Virus record (IMG/VR): IMGVR_UViG_3300031972_002122
Coordinates: 32,001 to 96,000 of that record
Origin: a virus
Direction: 5' to 3' (one strand)
DNA: 64,000 bases
The translations under genes were made by a program, and so were the position numbers. Shown here in pieces: positions 39,392 to 49,626 of the stretch. Every line of letters begins with the position of its first letter. Position 1 is the first letter of the stretch. The notes beneath the pieces were generated by a model, which saw only the letters and a program-made list of their open reading frames with translations, did no database searches and was not told the origin of the DNA.

Positions 39392-40164
39392 ATCCAACAA
39401 TAACTTACGCAATAACTGTGTGTAATGAGGACTGGGAACTGAAGGAGTTACTTAATACATTACATCCATACCTGCAGCGAGGGGATCAAATTTTAATACA
39501 ATCTGATTCGGATAGCGTCACTGATGGTGTTCTGGAGACTATAGATCGACGTATCTCACAATATCGAGGTTCGGACTTTAAGATAGAACACCAGAGCATT
39601 CGTCTGAATAAAGATTTTGGTAGCTTTAAGAATAAATTAAAGGATGGTGCTACTGGTGATTGGATATTTCAGATAGATGCTGATGAATATCCAACAGAAT
39701 CATTGTTAACATCGTTATTATATATTCTCAAGGAGAACGATCACGCTGAAGTGATTCTAGTGCCCAGAATAAACACCGTAGCTGGGATCACACAAGAACA
39801 CATCAATAAGTGGGGTTGGAGACACCAGAAGATAGAACATCCACTGTTGAAGGGTGTTATGGATATTGATGATAGTACTACGATGGCTGTAGAATTTCTT
39901 AAAAACGCAGACGCGGTGTATGAAGATAATGGTTCACGTGTTTATTATCATAAGCCCGTAATAAATTTCCCAGATTACCAATGGAGATTGTATAAGAACA
40001 AGAAATCGATACACTGGGTTAATAAGGTGCATGAACGATTGGTCGGGTATGATTATTATGCGACACTACCACCCGATATCTCATGGTGCCTAATGCATAG
40101 CAAGGAAATTGTTAGACAAGAATCTCAAAACGAGTTTTACGACGAAATAATTGATAGAAAATGA
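39388..40164 (+). CDS. Glycosyltransferase, GT2-like
   Basis: YAITVCNE, WIFQIDADE (DxD), PDYQWR, W.NKVHE. Confidence 0.88.
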   Translation: MNPTITYAITVCNEDWELKELLNTLHPYLQRGDQILIQSDSDSVTDGVLETIDRRISQYRGSDFKIEHQSIRLNKDFGSFKNKLKDGATGDWIFQIDADEYPTESLLTSLLYILKENDHAEVILVPRINTVAGITQEHINKWGWRHQKIEHPLLKGVMDIDDSTTMAVEFLKNADAVYEDNGSRVYYHKPVINFPDYQWRLYKNKKSIHWVNKVHERLVGYDYYATLPPDISWCLMHSKEIVRQESQNEFYDEIIDRK

Positions 40165-40357
40165 TGGTGTGAAGGTAGAAATTAATTTATTTTATGTAAC
40201 TTTGATACTAATAATATCGAAGCTACTCGGACTGTTAAGTTGGTCTTGGTGGATTGTCTTCCTACCTGTACTTATACCACTAATGATTTACCTTGGGTTG
40301 ATTATAACAATCGTTGGGCTATTTTTAATTGAAAAGATATTTAGTGATACAGGTTAA
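40151..40357 (+). CDS. Small membrane protein
   Basis: Hydrophobic, KL.G...WSWWIVFLP motif. Confidence 0.65.
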   Translation: MIENDGVKVEINLFYVTLILIISKLLGLLSWSWWIVFLPVLIPLMIYLGLIITIVGLFLIEKIFSDTG

Positions 40358-41378
40358 AATATTTGAGTTAGATAAGCATAGGAATGAAACTACATTCCGA
40401 CCGTACCTTGCAGCTAGGCATGTACTTGAAGATATTGGTATACAATTTACTGAAGGCGATTCTTACGATTTCGCATGGATCGGTCAGGCTAGTATAGCTG
40501 ATAAAAAACTCCCACTTGAACAAAGCGTCGAGATGGGAATTCGTTTTTGTGAGGGTCTGGGTGATTTTATGATATTCGATGGGCAGGATTCACATTCATT
40601 GATTGGAACCGTCGACGTGTTGAGGGAAACTGATTGTTTACTTTTACTTAAGAACACGTTGTTGCGGGAGTGGGATATGTACAATGTACCGACACCTAAC
40701 GGTCGATGGTACTGGCGAGGTTTGGGGGAAGGTAATTACTCAGTACCAGATATACACGAGTTGAAGGATCGGATAACCCTTAGTGGTACGAATTGGATGA
40801 GTACAACTAACGTAAAATTTTTCGGTACAGAATATTTTGATAAAGTACATGACGTGTGTGGGTTATTTGGATATCCAGCATCACCAAATAGTGAACATGG
40901 GCTGGAGCATTATAAATTGTATAACGCTCATAGGAAGCCCTGTGTAGACATCCTTAAAAAATTACCTAGAACTAACACGTTACAAGATGGCGTCAAGATA
41001 CCTATCCAACGATATTATAAGATAATGTCTGAAAGTAAAATTGTGGTATCACCCACTGGATATGGTGAGATGACTCCACGTGATATTGAAGCTATTGGTA
41101 TGGGTTGTATTGTCATTAAGCCGACGGTGGATCATTTAGTGAGTGAGCCGTGGATTTTCGATGAGGGTCGAGTGTACATTGGATGTCGACATGATTATGC
41201 TGATCTGGAGGAGAAGATAGATTTTGTATTGTCGGATTTCAAAAACTTACAGGCTGAGATGTACGAGTATTCATTTAAAAAGTATATGTATATGTACGGT
41301 GATCCAACACGATTAGCTATACATTTACACAACATATTTGGAGAAAAATTAAACGGAGTTATAACACATGAAAATTAG
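40329..41378 (+). CDS. Glycosyltransferase-like protein (GT-B)
   Basis: C-terminal Y..IM..SKI.VSP.GYGE...RD.EA..MGCI.IKP. Confidence 0.75.
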   Translation: MKRYLVIQVKIFELDKHRNETTFRPYLAARHVLEDIGIQFTEGDSYDFAWIGQASIADKKLPLEQSVEMGIRFCEGLGDFMIFDGQDSHSLIGTVDVLRETDCLLLLKNTLLREWDMYNVPTPNGRWYWRGLGEGNYSVPDIHELKDRITLSGTNWMSTTNVKFFGTEYFDKVHDVCGLFGYPASPNSEHGLEHYKLYNAHRKPCVDILKKLPRTNTLQDGVKIPIQRYYKIMSESKIVVSPTGYGEMTPRDIEAIGMGCIVIKPTVDHLVSEPWIFDEGRVYIGCRHDYADLEEKIDFVLSDFKNLQAEMYEYSFKKYMYMYGDPTRLAIHLHNIFGEKLNGVITHEN

Positions 41379-42501
41379 AGATAAAATGTTGCCAGCCCTC
41401 CAACCGCAGGGTGGGGATGAAGAGATCGCAGCACTGTCGGAAGTCATTCGTTCTGGCTGGTGGGGCAAAGGTGCTAAGGTTAAAGAGTTTGAAGAAAAGT
41501 TTGCGAAGATGGTCGGTGCTAAATACGCTATTGCCGTGACTAGTAACTCACACGGAATTGATTTGGTATTAAAAGCTAACGGAATTGATAGTGGGGATAT
41601 AATAAATCCAGCAATCTCGTTCGTAGCTACTGCAATGATTCCCGTTTGGAATGGCTGCAAAACAAATATAGTAGACGTTGATCCCGAGACATTGAATATT
41701 GACCCAGAGGATGTAGCGATTCGAATTACGGATGATACGAAAGCAATTATAGCTGTTAACATGGCAGGCGTACCAGCACCAATATCAGAACTGAGGAAGG
41801 TGTTTGATGGGCTGATCATAGAGGATTGCGCACATAGTTGTTATGTCGACGGGGCTGGGCAGGCAGGTGATGTTGCGGTGTGGTCTTTCCAAGCAGTAAA
41901 AACTATGCCATGTGGTGACGGTGGTATGATTACTACCAATGATAAAGAGATGTATGAGAAGATGAGCTCTATGACTTGGTTTGGAGTGTCGAGTACATTC
42001 TCTAGAGTTTCAAAACAGGAGGGGGATGGCGTGTCTGGTAAACCGGGCTACTCATGGGACTACGAGATCGATACGATAGGTCAAAAATGTTACATGATTG
42101 ACATCGCTGCTGCTATTTGTTTGGAGCAAATGAAGAAACTACCAGCTAACCTCGAGCGGCGACGATATATACGTGATAGGTATGACGCGGAATTGCATGA
42201 CATGGTACGACGTCCAGCTAAAAGTGAGACGGTGCAGTATTATTGTATGCGAGTACCACCAGAAGATCGTGACTCGTTGATAGATTATTTAGCTGATAAG
42301 AAGATACATACATCTGTTCACTTTAAACCTCTTTATAAGTATAAGGCATTGCATGAACATTTGGTATTCCCAAAGAGACCATATAGTGTATCAGATCGGG
42401 AGTGGCTTGGATTGGTATCTATCCCATTACATACTGGGATGACTGACGAAGATATTGATTATGTAATTTATTGGGTTAATAAATATTTTGATGAAAAGTA
42501 A
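41368..42501 (+). CDS. DegT/DnrJ/EryC1/StrS PLP-dependent sugar aminotransferase
   Basis: FE..FA..VG..YA.AV.S, IIEDCAHS, SFQAVK.M..GDGG. Confidence 0.93.
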   Translation: MKIRDKMLPALQPQGGDEEIAALSEVIRSGWWGKGAKVKEFEEKFAKMVGAKYAIAVTSNSHGIDLVLKANGIDSGDIINPAISFVATAMIPVWNGCKTNIVDVDPETLNIDPEDVAIRITDDTKAIIAVNMAGVPAPISELRKVFDGLIIEDCAHSCYVDGAGQAGDVAVWSFQAVKTMPCGDGGMITTNDKEMYEKMSSMTWFGVSSTFSRVSKQEGDGVSGKPGYSWDYEIDTIGQKCYMIDIAAAICLEQMKKLPANLERRRYIRDRYDAELHDMVRRPAKSETVQYYCMRVPPEDRDSLIDYLADKKIHTSVHFKPLYKYKALHEHLVFPKRPYSVSDREWLGLVSIPLHTGMTDEDIDYVIYWVNKYFDEK

Positions 42502-43222
42502 GATAGGAATACTGGGGGACGGGCTACTTGCTAAGGAGTTGAATAGGCAGACTGGCTGGGATATGATCAGTAGACGCATGCACGGTTTTGATATAACTGA
42601 CCCATCGACATGGAATAGTACACCGTTGTGGAGGTCTGAGCACGGCGTCGCATTCTATACGCAATATACCACACTCATAAATTGTATAGCGCATACCGAT
42701 ACGTATTCTGAAGATCGGGATACCCACTGGGATGTTAACTATGTGGGTGTTGCTAATTTAGTAGAGTTTTGTAATCATCATAACATAAAATTAGTACACA
42801 TTTCGACGGATTATATCTACAGTAACTCGACATCTAACGCATCTGAAGAAAAAACAGTACCAGTTCACTGTGAGAACTGGTATGGCTATACTAAATTATT
42901 GGGTGATGGGCATGTGCAATTATCTAGTGACGATTATCTACTGATCCGTGCTACACATAAGGCTAAACCATTTTCACATCAATCAGCGTGGATAAACCAG
43001 ATCGGAAATTTTGATTATGTCGACGTGATTAGTGAGAAAATAATCAAACTAGTTGAGGCGGGTGCTGATGGTGTGTATAATGTTGGTACACAGTTGAAAA
43101 GTATGTATAATCTAGCCAAACAGACTAATATGGTAGTCACTCCTGAACATGGGTCGTATCGACCGAGTACACCAACCGACACAAGTATGAATATAACTAA
43201 AATGAAGAACAAATTAACATGA
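42491..43222 (+). CDS. rmlD: dTDP-4-dehydrorhamnose reductase-like (RmlD family)
   Basis: G.GLL..EL, INC.A.T, HISTDYIY, YGYTKL.G. Confidence 0.8.
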   Translation: MKSKIGILGDGLLAKELNRQTGWDMISRRMHGFDITDPSTWNSTPLWRSEHGVAFYTQYTTLINCIAHTDTYSEDRDTHWDVNYVGVANLVEFCNHHNIKLVHISTDYIYSNSTSNASEEKTVPVHCENWYGYTKLLGDGHVQLSSDDYLLIRATHKAKPFSHQSAWINQIGNFDYVDVISEKIIKLVEAGADGVYNVGTQLKSMYNLAKQTNMVVTPEHGSYRPSTPTDTSMNITKMKNKLT

Positions 43223-43872
43223 TTACAGCCGTAATAACAACACATCAAAGTCATATTAGACCTACAGGTCATGCAGAAGCTCTCAAATGTATTGAAACGT
43301 TATTAAACGTACTACCAGATGTTAATATAATTGTGGTTAATAATGGTTCCGACTCGTTGTTTTGGTATCCACAAGGTATACAGATAGTCGAGCGGAAGGA
43401 TCAAATCGATGGCTTGACTGGTGCGTGGAATGAGGGTGTTAACTTGGCTTACAAAAACGGAGCCGAACTAATAATCCAGATGTCTGATGATATATCATTT
43501 AATGATACATTTAAACAATTTGGAGAAATAGTTATGAATCATCCAGATAAAGATATTGGTGTGTTTGGTACATTGACGGATTCTATGACGTCATACCCAC
43601 CGCAGCGTTCCCGAGTAGCTAAATCAGGAGTCAGAGAAATCACTGGGAGTAAATACGCCGTACATGGTTGGATGTTCGCATTTACGAAAAATTTTTACGA
43701 ACAGTTTTTATTGCCTAATGGAAATTTATTTGATACGAAGTATCCATTTGGGTATAATGAAGAACATTTCCAGAGAAGAATCTGGAAGGATGGTGGGAAG
43801 AGTTTCATCGTCGATGATTGTTTAGTTCACCATGAGCATTTGAATGCTTGGAAAAAGGTAGACCAATTATGA
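43219..43872 (+). CDS. Glycosyltransferase, GT2-like
   Basis: IIVVNNGS, GL.GAWN.G, SDDI, V.H. Confidence 0.75.
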   Translation: MITAVITTHQSHIRPTGHAEALKCIETLLNVLPDVNIIVVNNGSDSLFWYPQGIQIVERKDQIDGLTGAWNEGVNLAYKNGAELIIQMSDDISFNDTFKQFGEIVMNHPDKDIGVFGTLTDSMTSYPPQRSRVAKSGVREITGSKYAVHGWMFAFTKNFYEQFLLPNGNLFDTKYPFGYNEEHFQRRIWKDGGKSFIVDDCLVHHEHLNAWKKVDQL

Positions 43873-44834
43873 TCAATCTTCACTTAAGACCAGAGTTTAC
43901 GTATGAATTAGTTCAGGCTATACCATATGCTAAGTGGCTCCATGACCGTGGAGAATTAGGGACGGTGTATGTGTGTAATGGAATGGCACCGTATTATTTC
44001 TTCGCGGACAATGTTGTGGAGAAGTATGATCAACGAACGATTGATAATAAGACATCTGGAGTACTCCAGTTACCAAATACTTGGCTACATCACAACGCTG
44101 AGGCGGTCATGGGTAAGGATTATTCATTATTAACTGAAGAAGAAAAAGTAGAAGCTAATGGCGTGTTAGATTACACCAAGTGGACACCACCCGATTATAG
44201 GGCGGAGTATCAGGAAGACGCCAAGAATCATATTGCGTTTGATAAGCCACTTATAATCATAAACAATCAGTATAATATCGAGAAGGGTATGATGCCCACC
44301 CGATATTTTAGTATCGAATGTTTATATGACATGTTTAGTACTTTAGAAGAAGCTGGTTATCAGGTTGTGTATAATCGTCCAAGAAATACTGAGTTTACTA
44401 TAGACGAAAACGAACATAACACTATTAGAAACGGGTTGAAACTGCAGGCTGACGTTGCTGGCGTGGGTATAATGACTGATTATGATCTGTGTAAACACTT
44501 TGATAACGTAGTGACGTTTGAATCGTTACACGCCACATATGAACAGTACACATACAACGAATTTCAGTTGAGGTTGTTTTGTTTAGCTGAGGGGTTTGTA
44601 GGATTAGTTGGTGGGGCTGGGACACTATCTTGCTATTACCATAAACCAACAATTATGTACGGCACAGTCAGTCGAGCGATTGCTGATGGGTATTGGAAAC
44701 CAACTAGTTACTATCAAAAGTTGAGTGATCGAAATGCATACCCAGTTATAGATAAACGAACAGAACAGATCGCTAGAGGTGGTCATGACTATTCAGAATT
44801 GCATTATTTAATAAATGACTTATTTGTACAATGA
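43869..44834 (+). CDS. Putative glycosyltransferase/glycan-modifying protein
   Basis: EF.YEL...IPY N-terminus and A..FVG..GG...L C-terminus resembling GT9-like fold; island context. Confidence 0.45.
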   Translation: MINLHLRPEFTYELVQAIPYAKWLHDRGELGTVYVCNGMAPYYFFADNVVEKYDQRTIDNKTSGVLQLPNTWLHHNAEAVMGKDYSLLTEEEKVEANGVLDYTKWTPPDYRAEYQEDAKNHIAFDKPLIIINNQYNIEKGMMPTRYFSIECLYDMFSTLEEAGYQVVYNRPRNTEFTIDENEHNTIRNGLKLQADVAGVGIMTDYDLCKHFDNVVTFESLHATYEQYTYNEFQLRLFCLAEGFVGLVGGAGTLSCYYHKPTIMYGTVSRAIADGYWKPTSYYQKLSDRNAYPVIDKRTEQIARGGHDYSELHYLINDLFVQ

Positions 44835-45256
44835 GAATAACAAATGTAGATACACTATCGTCACTGATCGATCGGTTGATTACCGAGAATATTAAACTAT
44901 TCTTTTTTGCGAAGGGTGGGGAATTGGTGAAGGTAGCTCACCAGAAAGAAGTGATAGCTAAGATAAAGGATCGGATGAGTAAATTGTTCCTAGAAGCTAC
45001 AGAACGTGGGTATGAATATACTGGTGAGCGGAGAACTTTTAATAGCGAGTTTAGTGAGCATGTTCAAGAACTTATACTCAACGACATACGTATTGGTGAG
45101 GCTGATAGAGCTAGACTGGAGGAGGTAACGTCGGAAGAACCAGACTTTTACCGGATGGCGTTTAACGAGATTCGTTTAAGGATCGCTAACGAGGGAAGGG
45201 CTAAAAATAAAAATAACATTGATGAATCATTTAAGGGGATGACTAGTGAAGAATAA
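44831..45256 (+). CDS. Helical hypothetical protein (DUF4254-like)
   Basis: DTL..LIDRL...NIK and N..R...KN.ID motifs. Confidence 0.5.
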   Translation: MRITNVDTLSSLIDRLITENIKLFFFAKGGELVKVAHQKEVIAKIKDRMSKLFLEATERGYEYTGERRTFNSEFSEHVQELILNDIRIGEADRARLEEVTSEEPDFYRMAFNEIRLRIANEGRAKNKNNIDESFKGMTSEE

Positions 45257-45851
45257 AATTGTAGTGTTATCACAATGTAAGAATGGGACGACCACGATTT
45301 GTTCGTCAATTCAAATGGTTTCTAAGATGAAGCTCCATGGGTGGTTAGGTAATAAATTTTATAGAAAAAAGCATAAGGAGGTGTGGCTACCTGAATTGTT
45401 TAAAGAGATAGATAAGTATGATATTCTCCACGACGATCCCATGCCATTCATTTATCAGGAACTACACGAGCACTATCAAGCTATGGGTATTAGACCTAAA
45501 TATATTCTGAGTTATCGGAATCCAGAAGACTGGTATAATTCGTTTCATTACGGGTTTTCTAGAGATTGGTCTGGTAAGTATAGGGGAAAGCGAAAATTAT
45601 ACCCATACGATTTGCGGGATATAACTAAAAAAGAACTATTTATCAATGCCTATATACGGCTAAATGAAAAAATTATCAAGTATTTTAATGATACATGTCC
45701 AGAAGATTTTTTACATTTTGATATCGGTGACTGGAGTGGTCGTAGTGATTATGAAAACTGGAAATTTTTACTAGATTTTTGTCAGGTGGAATATGATGAT
45801 GCGTATATTCGTGAAAAACCTTTTCCTAAATTAAGGGCTAGAAAAAAATAA
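45246..45851 (+). CDS. Sulfotransferase-family (P-loop) protein
   Basis: 5'-PSB-like KNGTTT, D.P, KYILSYRNPEDWYNS 3'-PB-like motif, W..L.DF. Confidence 0.7.
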   Translation: MKNKIVVLSQCKNGTTTICSSIQMVSKMKLHGWLGNKFYRKKHKEVWLPELFKEIDKYDILHDDPMPFIYQELHEHYQAMGIRPKYILSYRNPEDWYNSFHYGFSRDWSGKYRGKRKLYPYDLRDITKKELFINAYIRLNEKIIKYFNDTCPEDFLHFDIGDWSGRSDYENWKFLLDFCQVEYDDAYIREKPFPKLRARKK

Positions 45852-46864
45852 TGAAGAAAATATTAGTTACAGGTGCTGCAGGCTTAGTTGGGTCTAATTT
45901 CGTAGAATTTTTATCTAAAAAGGATATAAAGGTATGTGCCGTCGACAATCTAACTGGTGGCAATCACGTAGTACGTAGTCCACATGTGGAATTCCATAAA
46001 TGTGATGTTGAATCTGACAGATTCGAGCAGATATTCAGTGAATTCAAACCAGACGTAGTATATCATATGGCAGCGTACGCCGCGGAAGGTCTTAGCCCAT
46101 TCATACGAAAGTTTAATTACACAAACAATTTAATATCGACCGCTAACGTAGTCAATTGTTGTATACAATATGGTGTTAAGAGATTAGTGTTTCTATCGTC
46201 GATGGCAGTGTACGGTAATCAGTATGAGCCACCATTTCATGAGGACTTGATACCTAATCCGATTGATCCATATGGGATTGCTAAATACGCGTGTGAAATG
46301 GATATCCGAGTTGCTGGTGAGCAGCATGGGTTAGACTGGTGTATTATAAGACCCCATAATGTTTATGGTGAGAAGCAAAATATATGGGACAGGTACAGAA
46401 ATGTACTTGGAATTTGGATGTGGAAGCATATACAGGGGGAACCCATAACAATTTTCGGAGATGGTCAGCAAGAGCGAGCATTCTCATATATAGCTGATTG
46501 TATGCGACCTTTGTTTTTAGCAGGTATATCTCCATCCGCGAGTAAAGAGATCATAAATCTGGGCGGGAAAACATCCATCAGTATTGAGGGAGCTGCAGAT
46601 ACACTTATCGATGTGATGGGCGGTGGTGAAAAAGTATTCCTTGAGGGGCGTCACGAAACTAAATATGCATATTCTACTTGGGATAAGTCGGTGGATATTC
46701 TAGAGTACTCAACGAGAACTCCTGAGACTTCATTTAAAGATGGGTTGACGAATATGTGGGCGTGGGCTAAAGAAGCTAGTCAGGGCGTCGCCAGACAGTG
46801 GCATGAGTATGAAATCGATAAAGGATTATATAATTTTTGGAAAAACGAAAACGATGCTGATTAA
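45851..46864 (+). CDS. NAD-dependent sugar epimerase/dehydratase
   Basis: TGAAGLVG, SSMAVYG, YGIAK, RPHNVYG. Confidence 0.93.
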   Translation: MKKILVTGAAGLVGSNFVEFLSKKDIKVCAVDNLTGGNHVVRSPHVEFHKCDVESDRFEQIFSEFKPDVVYHMAAYAAEGLSPFIRKFNYTNNLISTANVVNCCIQYGVKRLVFLSSMAVYGNQYEPPFHEDLIPNPIDPYGIAKYACEMDIRVAGEQHGLDWCIIRPHNVYGEKQNIWDRYRNVLGIWMWKHIQGEPITIFGDGQQERAFSYIADCMRPLFLAGISPSASKEIINLGGKTSISIEGAADTLIDVMGGGEKVFLEGRHETKYAYSTWDKSVDILEYSTRTPETSFKDGLTNMWAWAKEASQGVARQWHEYEIDKGLYNFWKNENDAD

Positions 46865-47105
46865 AGAAGCGATGCTTGAAATGTATTCAGATATGGAATG
46901 GGTGACTGCCGACGGGTTTGACGACGCGATTATTGGGGTATGTGAAAATCGGGTAGTGTACTCAGTCCACAAGTGCATTAAAATTCTTATGAATGATATG
47001 TCATTTGATGATGCGGTTGAGTATTTTAATTTTAATGTCAGCGGTTCATACATCGGGGAGCAAACTCCGATATGGGTCGATGATTTATTTTATCAAGAAG
47101 TTTAA
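46854..47105 (+). CDS. Small conserved-type phage hypothetical protein
   Basis: ADGFDDAIIG..RVVYS..A.EYF.FN..G.Y.GE.TP. Confidence 0.7.
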   Translation: MLIKEAMLEMYSDMEWVTADGFDDAIIGVCENRVVYSVHKCIKILMNDMSFDDAVEYFNFNVSGSYIGEQTPIWVDDLFYQEV

Positions 47106-47106
47106 T

Positions 47107-48003
47107 ATGAGTAAACGAATAGTTATAATGCCAACATTTGCGGAGGCACCGATGATACGATGTCAGATTCCTAACATTGTAGAAACACTTAAACCAGATA
47201 TCGTCATCTATAACGAGGGGGTTTTTCCACTCGGGCCAGAAAATGGTAGTATAATAAATGATGATTTCATTTCTAATTATTGTTCTGATGATGGGTACAC
47301 TGGATTTGATTTTGATGAAACTAAAGCAATATTAGCAGAAGCTCAGGAAACATACCCAGATATCGAATGGCACTTGGGTGCGATCAAATACCCAGCGGGT
47401 ATGCGGGCTGAAGATGCATATACATTTGCCGTTTCTAATTTTGAAGATTACGGTATCGAACTTGAGGTTGGTGATATTATATTTCCATCTGAAGCTGATG
47501 TATTTCATCTTGAAAGTGCGGCGGATGAGATTGATGAACTTGTAAATAGCTTGAAACCCGATGAAGGAATTTCAAGTAACTGGTGGGATTTTGGGGCGAC
47601 CCAAAATTATATCGAACAACGACTTCATCCAGACGTGAACACAGTAACTCGAAGTAGGCGATTCGCCGTATGTTACGGTACGATGGGATATTACCAATCC
47701 GTAGCTCAGAATTTTGTATCACAAAAATATACGAATACCAGACTCGTCGAGTTGAGAACATATCATTACCCATGGTTCAGAATCGGTAAATATTTAGACC
47801 TACGATGTATTATGTTGCGAAGGCAACGGAACTATTGGAACGATTATATGATAGGACATTGGGAGCAGATCGAGGAGACTCGGAATGGAACATTTAAAGA
47901 ATCTGTAATGATCAGACCAACATTGACTGGAAATTATAGATATGTAAAATATATCGACACCGAACATCCAAAGTCGATACAAAAACATACTTGTTATATA
48001 TGA
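47107..48003 (+). CDS. Glycosyltransferase-like protein (GT-A)
   Basis: IIFPSEADVF (DxD-like), YHY.W; start set at ATG 47107. Confidence 0.55.
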   Translation: MSKRIVIMPTFAEAPMIRCQIPNIVETLKPDIVIYNEGVFPLGPENGSIINDDFISNYCSDDGYTGFDFDETKAILAEAQETYPDIEWHLGAIKYPAGMRAEDAYTFAVSNFEDYGIELEVGDIIFPSEADVFHLESAADEIDELVNSLKPDEGISSNWWDFGATQNYIEQRLHPDVNTVTRSRRFAVCYGTMGYYQSVAQNFVSQKYTNTRLVELRTYHYPWFRIGKYLDLRCIMLRRQRNYWNDYMIGHWEQIEETRNGTFKESVMIRPTLTGNYRYVKYIDTEHPKSIQKHTCYI

Positions 48004-48854
48004 GATATGTAGCTAGGTGGGATGACGATTTTAATCACATAAATGACGATGAAATGAGCACGAAAAATGTAGTATTTTGGATCGGTGTAACACCAGACGA
48101 TCCGAGAGTTGCAGATAAATTTAGATATGGTGATTTTTCATGGATGGAATACTCCAAGAAGACGTGGGAATTCTGGTGTGCTAAAAATGGTGTAGAATTT
48201 ATACACTATGATGCACCAACTAGGGATGATCTGATAAAATATAAAGTAAACTGGCAGCGATGGGTTGATGTATTTGACTTCGTACCTGAGGATTATGATT
48301 CCATTCTGACTGTTGACGCGTCGATCATGGTGAAATGGGATGCACCTAACTTTTTCGATATAGGTGTTGGGAAAATGTGTGCGATGCGTGCGAATGAGAA
48401 CTGGAAGTGGACATATGCGAGTGCTAATGGGTATGCTGACCTATTTCCAGATGTAGACTTTGTGCATAAGGATTATTTTTGTTCTGGTATGGTTATGCTT
48501 AGAAAGGAACACGAAGAATTTATCAAGGAATTCGGTCGATTTTATTTAGATAACGTCGACGTGATTGTTGAGCGGGAAGATGTACTGATCAAGCGTGGTA
48601 GAGATCAACCTGTACTTAACTACTTTGTACAACGTGATGAGATACCATTTCATCATTGGGATATCAATGTCGCGGTCAATCACTTATATAGACGACAGAT
48701 TTTGAATGGTAACTGGCAACTTAAAGAGGACACCACACCATTCTTCATTAAATATTTTAATGCTTGGCAATTCTCAGGATTTCCAGACCGCGGAGATACT
48801 AGGACTAAATTGATGAGCCAGACATGGGATTTAATAAAACACAATTATGAGTAA
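48000..48854 (+). CDS. Glycosyltransferase, GT8/GT34-like
   Basis: VDAS, YF.SGM, DQPVLNY; paralog of next gene. Confidence 0.75.
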   Translation: MRYVARWDDDFNHINDDEMSTKNVVFWIGVTPDDPRVADKFRYGDFSWMEYSKKTWEFWCAKNGVEFIHYDAPTRDDLIKYKVNWQRWVDVFDFVPEDYDSILTVDASIMVKWDAPNFFDIGVGKMCAMRANENWKWTYASANGYADLFPDVDFVHKDYFCSGMVMLRKEHEEFIKEFGRFYLDNVDVIVEREDVLIKRGRDQPVLNYFVQRDEIPFHHWDINVAVNHLYRRQILNGNWQLKEDTTPFFIKYFNAWQFSGFPDRGDTRTKLMSQTWDLIKHNYE

Positions 48855-49626
48855 GCACGTAGTATTTATGGTGAATATGTCCGAGGTAAAGAAGCCGGGA
48901 CGAAACATGCCCTACGAATATTCAGTTCGTAGTTGGAAGCATTACTGTAAGCGACATGGATTTGAATTCTTCGTCCTAGATCAGCGAATATATGATGAGG
49001 GTTATGCGAATGCGAATTGGCATAAGTTATTTGTATTCGAATTATTAGAATCGAATGGTATCGATTATGATAAAGTGTTGATTGTTGACGCTGACACGAT
49101 CGTCCACCCAGATGCGCCTAGTATCTTCGATGAGTGTGGTGATGGTTTTTGTGCGGCGCATAACGATGGGAGTTACGACTGGTTACTGCGGAGTATTGAG
49201 AACTATTCTAAGTACTTATTCGATGGGTTTACATTCCCATTTTGGCAGTATTTTAACTCGGGGGTTATGGTAGTGAACAAAAACCACGCACAACTCTTCA
49301 GGGATATATTAGAATTTTACAACGAGAATCATGAAGCTGTAAAGCAATTGCAAAATACGTTTCATGTAGGCACCGATCAGCCAGTGATTAATTTCTTTGT
49401 ACATAAGACTCGGGATGACTTGGAGTTGTTACCATACGAGTGGAATATGCAAGACCTAACTAGACGAGAAATTCTTGATACTGAATTGACGTTTGTTAAC
49501 TATGGATGGGTATACCATTTCAATGCGATACCATCTAACTATAAATTATCACCTAACCAATTAACAACTCCAGTTTATCAGTGGATGAAATATACTTACG
49601 AAAAATTATACGAGGAATTAATATGA
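48847..49626 (+). CDS. Glycosyltransferase, GT8/GT34-like
   Basis: VDADTIV, YFNSGV, DQPVIN, L.Y.WN, YHF. Confidence 0.85.
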   Translation: MSKHVVFMVNMSEVKKPGRNMPYEYSVRSWKHYCKRHGFEFFVLDQRIYDEGYANANWHKLFVFELLESNGIDYDKVLIVDADTIVHPDAPSIFDECGDGFCAAHNDGSYDWLLRSIENYSKYLFDGFTFPFWQYFNSGVMVVNKNHAQLFRDILEFYNENHEAVKQLQNTFHVGTDQPVINFFVHKTRDDLELLPYEWNMQDLTRREILDTELTFVNYGWVYHFNAIPSNYKLSPNQLTTPVYQWMKYTYEKLYEELI

